This document shows, piece by piece, positions 24,837 through 35,921 of a DNA stretch of 64,000 nucleotides (the first letter of the stretch is position 1; each line of letters starts with the position of its first letter). Origin of the DNA: Yuukianura sp. NJ FZ-2021 (taxonomy: Eukaryota); assembly GCA_046563655.1 (NCBI GenBank), contig CM102290.1, positions 14,198,001 to 14,262,000 on the forward strand. Reading direction: 5' to 3'. The notes under the pieces were generated by a model. That model searched no databases, was not told the origin of the DNA, and saw only the letters and a program-made list of their open reading frames with translations. The position numbers and the translations under genes are program-made.

Positions 24837-25985
24837 GGTTTCTGGCTTTCGCAGTATCAAATACCTGCAAACAAAAATAATCATAGGATGACTCATGATT
24901 TGACTCCATGAGATAAGAAAACACTCGTGAGAATGCATTTCAGAGAGGCATTTGGACCAGGAACTGAAACTCATGTCATTCAGTCTGTCAGTGTGTCAAT
25001 GTCAATCAGAACATAAGAATTGTATCAAAAGTTTAACATGTCAAATGTCACTGATCGCGACGGTTACAGACTGAACACATTGGGTGCTAAGTCTATTGAT
25101 GTCGTGACACTGACAATTGACATGTCCCAGGTTCCAGTAGACAGTTTTGACTTTCGGTCAAGTTGGTCCAGCTGTTACTTACAACTTTCAAGAATACAAC
25201 CGATATGGTATGAGTCGACTTAAGATAAGTCCTCTAGTAGTTCCTTCAGAATTGACACGTCGTCGTCACTGTTCTCTAGTACTGGCACTGTTACTGGAAC
25301 GAAAGAAAGCAAAACATGTGTCAATTGTCCCATTTAAGTTAAACTTAAGACAGTTAATTACCGAGTTACTGCGTCGTGGTTTCTCAAGATGTCGTTAACT
25401 GGAACCTGATGGTGGCTGGATAGGATACATTTTGTAGAAGTTCGGTCTTGCTTGGAGATAGACACGGGAGTTATGCTGTTGCGGTTATTTTTTGCCCGGA
25501 AACGATGACGTGTATATCCTGTGTAGCTCTTCTGGAGGATCCCTAATTAGAATACAACATCCAAAATGCTTTAATCGCCTTCTGTTAGTCCTAATCTTAA
25601 CCAAAACCAACTTTATGCACTACTCCTCCCCTCTCGTCATCCTCTCTCTACTATTTTCCGGCGACTGACTCACTTACCGTGGACACCTCAAGTATTCCAG
25701 TACTGAGAACCTAATGCGATAGAGTATGACAAGAGTCCTCTTAGGCTATACTTGAGCAACACTTACCCGCTAATGCCCGTTACAACCAAATGAGGAGGTT
25801 TTTCCAAAGATTCGGGAGCGGGACTCGCTCTCGGTGGGCCGGAGGCAGTCTGCGCCTAGCTGCTTTATCATAGTCCCTCAAATGCAGGCAGTCTACGCCT
25901 ACACGAACTATTTGGCCTTCATGGACGGACATGGACGACATACGTCCATACGTCCACACGTTAGCAATGATCTGTCCATGAATCC

Positions 25986-26078
25986 CAAGGTTGCTATAGC
26001 GAACATTTATACAAATTCTCTAACAGGTTATGTCATAACTCCGAAAAAATAAACAAAATTCCGAGTTAAACAAGCTTG
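25986..26078. mobile_element. 93-bp minimal MITE derivative (subfamily C-like)
   Basis: CAAGGTTGCTATAGC...CAAGCTTG flanked by perfect 8-bp TSD ATGAATCC. Confidence 0.75.
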
Positions 26079-26313
26079 ATGAATCCTAAACGCTCTGGTA
26101 AATGTTTAGCTTAATTAACTTAACGTTTCACTTACTTTTTAATGTAATTAGAAGTCAAGGTTTTAACTTAATCAAATAAATAATTAACAGCCCTAAAAAT
26201 CTTTAACACTTTTTTTAATTATATTATTTTTTATGAACAAATTTACACATTTTGTGTTTTTTGTGTTAACTATTGTTTTTGAGATAGAACTATTTAGTGA
26301 TTTTTTGTTTCGT

Positions 26314-27713
26314 TTAGTCTTCTGCGCTGTCCCAGTCCCATTCCCAGCTGTCGTCGCTGGACAACGTTTCTGCCTGGACTGGAACATCGTCGACCAGAAC
26401 CCAGGACCAGCACTCGTTGGCTGCAGCTTCGTTTTCGACAGAGGTCAAAGATGCTGATCGTTTCAAAGTCGATTCCGAAGAATTCTCTGCAGTAACATCA
26501 ATGGCTCCAGCTCCGATAAGATCCGTCAAATCTGCCTTCTCTTCTTCGACATCATCTAAACAAAAACCAGGGTTACAATTACTAATTACTTTTGTTGATT
26601 TACAATTGTAATTTCTTGGTCGTTACCTTTGGTTGTATCAGTAACTTCGTCTACATAGACGTCCTCATCGATAAACTCCAGCATTCGAGACGCCTTGGCT
26701 ATCGCGAACAAGAACCAGATGATAACCGAGAAGATGATAAAGGCATACTGGCGCCGAATTGCTGCCACCATTCTCTTCCGATTGGCTTTGTACACCAGGA
26801 ATGTCGTTTCCGTATCGCCCGGCCAAGGATCAGAAAACTTATGACCAAAACCATACAGTCTCCCGCGGTACCTCGACTCCATGATGTTGTTATTGAAATA
26901 CGTCTCCTTCATCCGGAAAAATACAGAGCCAGTCACAAGCGAATCGCTGCCAGCCTGATGCTGGATTCCAACTCGTCTGATGTTCAATTGACCAGCGATC
27001 CCTTGCAGTCCACCGTGCATGCCGCAGTCCAACATCAAAAACTTGAGGTCATACACCTTTGGAAAAAGGGCCCAAAGGGTTTCAAAAAACTGGACTTCCG
27101 TCTCCGGAAGTTTCCGATTCATCAAGATCTTCCAGAGATATCCAAAATCATAGCAAGAATGGAACGTAATCCAAGTGATTCTTTCTTCAAACAAAAGTCC
27201 AGAAGTGTAGAAGAATTCAGCGAATTCTCTTGGTTCCAGCCCATCGCTGTACAACTGCTCAAAGTCAATTCCAGCCTTGAGCAGTAGAGTAATACTTTCG
27301 TCGATGTAAGCATCCTCGGCCAGGTCAAACTTGAAGTTAAACTGCCAACAGGAGATGCCCGGAGGAGTTCGGCCATACTCGTCCATAAACGTGAGTCCAA
27401 GTTGAATGAGAACCAGAATGTCGACGTTGGCTCGCAGAGTGTTGTACAGGTACGTGGGACTCTGCTGTGTCTCGTTCACTAGGCTAGCAACGACTCCTGG
27501 AAACTCCGTGTCCATGGCAACGTAGCAGTACTGTTTCGGTAGAGTTCGGATGATATGGAACTCTTCGGCAGCATTGTACTTCCACACGTTACGAATCCGA
27601 CTGGGTTCGGCTGAGATAATTCGTGGTGGTGCGTCGTGCTCGCTAAGCGGCTTGAACTTTGATTGTTCATGGGACCTGGACGGACCGGCTCGAGGAAGCT
27701 TCCGCTTGTGCAT
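26314..27713 (-). CDS. CAF1: CAF1/POP2 (CNOT7/8-family) DEDDh deadenylase paralogue with a C-terminal TM helix and acidic tail; exons 27713-26627 and 26555-26314
   Basis: Catalytic motifs AMDTEFPG, FHSCYDFGYL and HQAGSDS are intact. Hydrophobic YAFIIFSVIIWFLFAIA follows the nuclease domain. A phase-1 GT-AG intron (26626-26556) joins the acidic exon in frame. Confidence 0.85.
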
Positions 27714-28394
27714 GGTAGATGAATCTGAAAAAAAACAAAACAAAGATATTGTTTAAGATTCAACTAATTAATTGATTAACGTAAATGATTGATTACTCTT
27801 GGTAACTCGCGGATGTACCAGGAGAAACTTAGGTCAAGAATCCGAAATTCCGGAAGAACTGATGGCCTTGTCTAGAAGCTAAAATGACAAGAGTTTAATT
27901 AATTTTTGAACGAATTAATTAAAAGTTAAGGTTGATTAATTGAATTCCGTACCTGATCCAATTTATATCGAGGGAGCAATTAGCTATGCGACTGACTCCG
28001 ACGACAGCTGGAGAGCGACTGACAGTTTTGCCAATTTTTTAAACTCGTTGTTAAACATTGGCTAACGATTGGTCGCCATAGCAACAATATCACAAGAAAC
28101 AAAAAAAAATTAGGAAAATGAAAAAAAAATGTATTTTTTTTTTCATTTTCCAGAATGATTTTGTTCAATCTTAAGTTTAGTTAAATGCCTTTTAATTTTA
28201 GATTTCCTTTTGGAGAGAACGAGAACGAGAATCTTGAAATTCTAGAAGATTCTCGGACAGGAATCGCAGTTTTTAAACTAATGTTTTAAACCAAGTTTTT
28301 AAAACTAGTTTTTTTAAAACTTAGTTTGAATTCAGCCTTCGGCTCTACCAACTACTCCGTAGTACCGAGTTGGGACCTCTCTTGAATTCCGATT

Positions 28395-30470
28395 TTAAGC
28401 ATCAGATAAAGCTGCCACTCCTGGAAGAACTTTGCCTAAATTCAGAAAAAAAGTTAGGTTAAAACTAATTCTTAATATAATTAATTGAATTAATGAAATT
28501 AAAACGAATACAATTAAAGTCACCTTCTAGTAACTCCAAACTGGCTCCGCCTCCAGTGCTCACGTGACTCACTAATTTCTCAGTGTTCCACTTAGCACAG
28601 CAAGTGGCAGTGTCTCCACCTCCGATTATTGTCAGGGCGCCATTCTTCGTGGCTTCAACAACTCCGTCCATCAGGGCTTTCGTTCCATTGGCAAAGTTCG
28701 GAAACTCAAAAACACCCATGGGCCTGCAATCACAAAGTAATCGATTACTTAAACTGATGGATCACTTATGCTATAGAGAGTAATCAATTAATTAAAAGTA
28801 ATCGATTACTCAGAAACAAGTGGATCACTTATGCTATAGAAAGTCGTCGATTATTATGAGTGTCACCTACCCGTTCCAGATGATTACTTTAGCAGATTTG
28901 ATTGGTTCCAAGAATTTGGTGGTTGAGGCTGGACCGATGTCAAGGCCTAACCAACCAGCTGGAATTCCAGATTCAATCGTTGCACTTCCAACCTTTGAAA
29001 AATTGAAAAACATTATTTTTGAAAAAAAAAGTTGTGGAATTTCGAAAATTCAAGCTTTGTTACCTCTGCATCTTCAGCAAACTTGCTTGCGGTGATAGCA
29101 TCCGTTGGAAGATGAACTTTGACTCCTTTCTGGGCAGCCTTTTCCATTAACTTTTCAACAATCTTGGATCCGGCTTCATCAAATAACGAATTTCCAATCT
29201 AAGAAAATGAAAACATGTTAAAAATGAAAAAGTTACACAAAAGGCGCCAAATTCAAAATTATTTAAACTAACCTCCATTCCGTTCAAAACTTTCAAGAAG
29301 GTGAAGGCCATGCCACCTCCAATGATCATCTCATCTACCTTGTCCAGCAAGTTTTCAATTAGTTGAATCTTGTCCGAAACTTTGGCTCCTCCCAGGATGG
29401 CCAACACCGGTCTAAAAAGAGAAATCGATTATCAAAATTTCGAAATTTATACTTTTCAAAATTTCGAACCATATGACTTACCGTTCCGGATTATCCAGAG
29501 CCTTTGCAAAGTACTCCAGTTCAGCTTTGAGTAAAAGTCCAGAAGCCCTTTGCTCAAATCCTTCGCCCATCATGGAACTGTGAGCACGATGGGCCGTCCC
29601 AAAGGCATCGTTCACATAAACGTCGCCCAACTTCCGCAGAGACTCTCGAAAGGATTTGACTTTGTCAGCAGATGCTTTGACCTGTGAAAAACGAGTAAGA
29701 ATTCATGATGCGTACACTCTGATTACTAATCGTTAGTGACCAATTGTGTTTTATGACATAATCTTACCTTGTTCCCACTCTGGTCAATTCCTTTTCCCTC
29801 TTCTTCCAAGTAGAATCGAAGATTTTCCAGGAGAATGATACTGCCCTCGGCTGGATTCGAACACGCAGCTTCCACTTCTGGACCAACACAGTCCGGTAGG
29901 AATGTAACGTCTTTGCCCAGCAGTTCCTTTACTTTGGTAGCCACGGGAGCCAAAGTGTACTTTGGATTCGGTAGGCCATCAGGTCTGCCCAGATGAGACA
30001 TGAGCACGACACTCTTGGCTCCTTCGGACAGGGCATACTTGATTGTATCCAGAGCTGCTACAATTCGCTGATCGTTGGTAATCACACCGTTCTTCAGTGG
30101 TACATTGAAATCGACTCTGAAATAATCAATGACTAATTAGCTTAATCACTCAAAAATTACTCATGAAAGATGATTTTAAGCCTTAAAGTTTAAGGTGTTC
30201 GGTGACGAGCGAATTCTTGATGTCACGAAGACATCAAAAACTGTTTGGTCACTAACGATTTCTGTTGCACTCTGACCGTCAACTTTCAATTAACTTGATA
30301 ATCGACATAGAACTTGACCGAGTGCTTCCTGGACCTGACGTTCTAGAATCTTTAAATTGTAATCATTGCATGATTAATCTAAAATGATGTTAATTGGTAA
30401 GGTACCTCATGAGTACTCGTTGTCCCTTCAAGGGTACGCTGGTAATGCTAAGCTTCTTGAGTGACGACAT
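28395..30470 (-). CDS. PGK: Phosphoglycerate kinase, multi-exon
   Basis: [96 protein letters not shown] and [12 protein letters not shown]. Confidence 0.97.
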
Positions 30471-33400
30471 CCTTCTGACGAGTATTCTTGGTAGTAGATG
30501 GATTATTTTAGACGATTAGGCCCTGTTTTCAAAACAAATCAATTGATTAGCAATGACACATTAACAGTGACACCCGACACATACACTTCTTGACTCTTCC
30601 TAGGATTCGTTATATCCAGCACCTCTTCTTGATCAGCAAGATTACGAAAGCAATTAATAAGCAATCAGCATGACATTGGAATTAACAGAAGAGGATTACG
30701 TCAGCTGACAGACGTAAGGATTAGGGAATTTGGGAAAGACAAACAAACCTGAGGTGACCTTGACCTTTGTATTGCGTTGTGGATTTAGAATGTGCGGAAC
30801 ACACGACGATGACACGTCTGGTAACGACGATTAATCACAATTCACAAACTGATCGTGGAGCCTCAATTACCCAACAACGCCGGCAAAAATCCACGAACTG
30901 TCCTGTTTCGGCCGCTCCTCTTTATCCAACCACGTACTCTCTCACATGTTCCAGAAATGCTATGGAAGGGCATAGGAAGGTTGTGTCCAAGTCATTACAT
31001 CAACATAAATTACATACGCATGCTATTATGTCATCAACGTTAATTCAACATCTAGAAAATGCTCATTTTAAACGTCCAAGTTTTACCAACTAACCACAGT
31101 ATTGTCAAATGGATGAAATGTTTCTTCCACCTAGTACATCAAATTAGGGGGAAGTATCCAATTTCTATCCATTTTATCCCTCCATTTCTGCCGGATGAAA
31201 TCTATTATCCACTGGACGAAACGTCAAAAAAGTGGATATCCAGCAACACTGCAAGTTACATATGTAACCTAGTTACATAAGCTTAACCTTTGAAAATACT
31301 CACAGTATTAAAATCCAAGTTACCTAAAACCTGTGTACATAACTGCAGATGATATAACTGTACGTGTAAGGTACACGGTGTACCGTATACCGTATTCATG
31401 TAAACGTTAAGTAAACGTTTACAATGATGCTTTACATAAACACGGTTTCTGTACGTCTTTCACGGATTTACCGATACCGGTAAATTATACCGGTCTCATT
31501 GTTACCGGTAAAACTCTTTTTAAATTTACCGGTAATTACAGCTATGCCGTTTTAATTAGCACGCTGTACAGCATCACCGATACCGTTTTCAAGACTCGTG
31601 CACCCCAATACCAGTGCACGCGTGCATCTGACGTTGTTTCCTTTGGTTGGAGACGTAAAGGTCAAAGGTCAAAGAGGTTCGTTAGGTCGTTTGAACTGAA
31701 TTTTAGTCCTCCTTTGTTCATCCCTGTGTCGTAAAGTTACATTTGCTCAACGATGCACGACGGTAGCGGGAAATTTCAAAGTTAAAAGGAATCATTTTAT
31801 GAGAGTCAAAAGGAGTTCCAGGAAAGCCAACTTTCTCTTTGGGGAAATGACTTTCTCCGCAATATTCTTTTTACTTTAACCAACGACTTTTAAGTGGAAT
31901 GCTCAAAGGAAACGTATTATATTATATAACTTTTTACAAATAAATAATATAATAAATTAAACATGTATTAATATAATGTAAAACTTTCTTTGTCTCACTC
32001 TGCCCCAATTCTCAATAACTCTAAAAACCATATGGGTTTTTCTTCGAAATCATTGAATACAATTTTACATAATCTTTGCATATGACAAAAATCTTTTTAT
32101 ATTTAAAAAAAAATTCTTCTAAAAATGGGTTTTCAAAGAAAATTTTTGAAAAGCTATGCATAGATGCCCTTGAGCCTTCAGAACAAATATGTGTTATTGA
32201 TGTGGATTGTTAAAAGGAGGCTTTGAACATTATTGGTTCTTTCTGCAGGGCTAAAATCGTTTTTTCTAAAAAAAATCTTCTTTTTCAAAATTTTCGTTTT
32301 TTTTTAAATTGATGAGAAACTATTGTAGGGGTTGAGTTTCTTTTGTGGGAATTCATTCCAGTCCAGAGACATTTTCCGATTAGATGTTACGACGTCAATA
32401 AAGTATTTTCAAAGGAAAACAAAAGTCTTTTGTTCCTCCATTGTCATTTCACAATAACCCACTAAAATTTACAAACTCAATCAACTTTACCTTTTTGGTA
32501 CAAAATTTCAAAAAAAAATCAATTTGGGAGTTTTCAAAAAAAAAAAAAAAAAATTTCGTTCGCTGGTTTTGTGGTTTACAAAATTTTCCAACAATTTGAA
32601 TTCTCATAGCGTTCTAAGAATTAAAATAAAATTTCAAAAAAAAATTGTAAAAATTCCAATCAGGAAGTTGTAAAAATTGGGTTTGAAAGGATGTTACTAT
32701 TTTGCATAAGGCGTTTTGCTTTTAGTGCTAATAAATAAAAACTTGACTTTTTTCGCGGGAAAATTCAAAATTGGCCCCAAAAAGTCTTGATTTCGTTATT
32801 AGTTACCTAGGAAAACTTTCTTTTTTAAGGAAATAGGAATGTGGTCGCCTTAATTCTATGCATCCGTATTCTGTCTTCGACGAATCAAAAAAATGGCCAA
32901 CATCTAAAGTGCATTTTTTCAAAATTTTATTTGTTTTTTGTTTCAAACTGACTTTGACTTTGCATAAAATAATTTGGAAGCCCAGGCAGTTTTTAGATAG
33001 AAAAAACTCAGTTCCTCTTTTTTTTTGAAAATTTGAACTGCTTCTAAACTTCTTTATTGGTTCCTGTAAACTTTCCGGGCACTTTTCAAATTTTGGTTGA
33101 CATCCTTCTTAAATCCAAAACTCAATTCCTTCAAACACTTTCAAAATTTCACTTTTAAATTCAATTCTTCCCGCCCGTGCACAACGCCCGCTTCTTCATT
33201 TTTCATTTTTATTGAATGTCATTCCAAAAAAAAACACAAGCAAAGTATGGATTTCCATTTTTTTTCTGTTTATAGAGTACCAGTGCCAGGAAAATGAAAA
33301 ATGAATTACAATCTTTTTTATGAAGTTTCAAAATTTTGAAAATCTGCTCAAAAGTAAAATTTTTGAGCGGTATACAATATTCCTTGCAAATTTTTGAGCA

Positions 33401-35921
33401 GTATACAATATTTCTTGAAAATTTTTGTTGTTTCGAGGCTTGCATGGGGCGATTTAACAAAAAGGCGAAAAAAAAGTGGGAAAATTTTCAAAACTTTTGA
33501 ACAATCGGAGCTGATTTATGACTTTTGAGCAGGATTTTTAAAAAAAAGTTGGTTTTTCAAAAAATGTTGTGAGCAAGGGAGTGCTATATCACCTACACTA
33601 GACATTTTTTACATTAATTTTGAATTTGGCAGTTTTCAGTGAAAACAGAAACTGTAGAATTGTTAGACACAAAAACCAAAACGTGTTCAAACGGCAGCAA
33701 AACCAACTTTTCAACTAAAACTAAATTTCTATTGACTAAATTTTAAAAAAAACGAACAAGGAGAAGGAAATTTTAAAAAATTTGGAGTTGTGCAAACAGG
33801 TTAAAATCAAGGAAATTTTGGAACATGCATCTCCTTGCTGCACCCGTGTTCTAAACAAATCTAAGTTCAAACAAGTTTAGAAAATGCAATTTTCAAACTT
33901 TTCTAAACAAGTGAGAAAAAGTTTAAGTTTTTGCGTTTTTTTTTTGTTTACAAACATGAATCCTCAAGGCTCACGGTGGATCTCGATCTCATTCACATGC
34001 ATAGCGTGTCAGTGGTCCTACCTTGTTGAAACTTTGTTATTAGATTAAACGGTGGGTTCATGGTGGGTTCGTGGTGGGTTCATGGTGGGGCATGGTGGGT
34101 TCACCCTGGATTACGTGAGGCATCCTCCAGATTTTATTCCTCAGTTTGAACAAACAAAGTTTGCTTTCTCGTGTCCAAATTCTTTTCTCAAAAGATCAAA
34201 AACCTAAAAACCTTCGTCTTGCTATCGTTACTCACTCAGATATTCAAAAAAACGCCTTTCAAAAAAATAATGTTAGGAAAATTCCTCGAAATAAAAAAAA
34301 ATTTGACTTTTCAATTTCTTTGTCTTCACCACAAACTGTCTATTTCTCCTTTTAGTTTTTTATTTTTTTTTTCTTCTTGCTTCTGAAATTTGAAACAATT
34401 TTGAAATTTTGTGAGCTTGAAACACTACTTTAACAAAAAAAGAAGCACAGAAATGAAAACGTAAACTCTAAAATGAAACAAAAGTTAAAACTGAGAAAAA
34501 TTGTTTTTAGAAATTTTTGAAATTCGGAAATTTTTTGCTTAAATCTAGCTATGAAAAGGCAGGAAACCTTTTTTAGAACAAGGATTTTTGAGAACAAAAT
34601 CCAATTCCAAGTGTTGTTTTATTTCCCATTTTCAATTTAAATTTGGAAGTGTTCAAGTGTTTTTCGAAAACTCAAAAAACTTTTTTTTGAAAAGAAAGTT
34701 TGGCACAAAGCTATTAAATTTTATGGTCTCCCAGTTTCAATTGACTGTACTGCGGTGTAAAAACTTTTTCTTTAAAAGTCCAACAACGACCAAATGCGGT
34801 CATAAAATTTTAAAGTGGTTGCCGAACTAGAATGTTCAGTTTTTAAAAAACCGTTTAAAAAGCGATACTTAAAAATAGCGCCAATTTCAATAAAGTTCTT
34901 TCATTTTGGTTTTTCACGGATGCTGATTTGATAACAGATTAAGCTTTACCAAATTTGAAATTCAAAAAACTGAATTTTGAAAATTTTGAATTTTCCCTCC
35001 ACCCTTTCTGGTCCTTGTAACTTTTGAAATGAATGAATAAATAAAGAACCACTCAGACAGCATTTGCGAAAATGAAAGAAAAGCTGCTTTCTCTCGTTTT
35101 TTAAAAATTCCTTTTGAAACGGGAATCTCCAAGGCCCTATCGTAAAAAAAAAAAAGTCGTTTAGAATTTTCTTTTAAAGAAATTTTGAATTTAGAATACA
35201 CCAAAATTTCAAACAAAAAGAAAAGTGCATTACAAAGTAAAAATTCATTTTTCAAAGTAAACAAAATTTCTATTATCTACCTACTCTCTGATCTCACATT
35301 CAAAACCAAAATTCAAATCAAAAACAGTTTTTTTGCCAATTTCAAAATTTTGAAGTTTTTCACTGTTGATGTAATTGGTGTTTAACTAATGAAAAATTTT
35401 CCATTGACTGTCTCCTGTTGCGTCGTAATTTTGAAAAACTGACCAGCGAGAGTGTGATCAGCGTGTGATCGGATTTCAATTCAATCGAATTTCAACTGGA
35501 AATGTTTCCAAAATGTGTCAATTAAAATTATAGTCAGTTTCAAAATTTTGGTTTTTCAAAAGGCGGAGCTAATTCCCTCACTCTTCTATGCCTCTCATCA
35601 GGTTACGTCACTTGACTAAACTTTAGGCTCCGCCCCCTCTGTAACTAAATATAAAAAACATACTGTACTTTAAGTTAATCCCTACTTTTTAGTTAAAACT
35701 TTAGTTAATCTCCTAATTAAGTCGCAAGTGTTTTACAATCCAAAGATCTAAAAAGTGCCTTTTGTCTCGTATGACGTCCGGATAAAAATGAATAAAAGTT
35801 TTGCTCTGTCTCTTTTCGACTCCATTTGAGTCGTCCGAGACGAAAAAGCTTACTAAAATTTTACAAACAGTTTTTGAAACTTTTTTTTTGTTCAAAATTT
35901 TGAAATTGTGTTTAAAAAAGG

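Noticed and set aside
25266..25871. Four-exon orphan protein-coding gene
   Set aside because: Careful translation gives in-frame stops in the first and third exons, so no continuous CDS exists.
26592..27287. 231-aa plus-strand ORF
   Set aside because: Antisense shadow of the CAF1 CDS with no recognisable motifs.
28737..28845. Duplicated AGTAATCGATTACT...GGATCACTTATGCTATAGA unit in a PGK intron as a snoRNA
   Set aside because: No convincing C/D or H/ACA box arrangement; best explained as a local tandem duplication.
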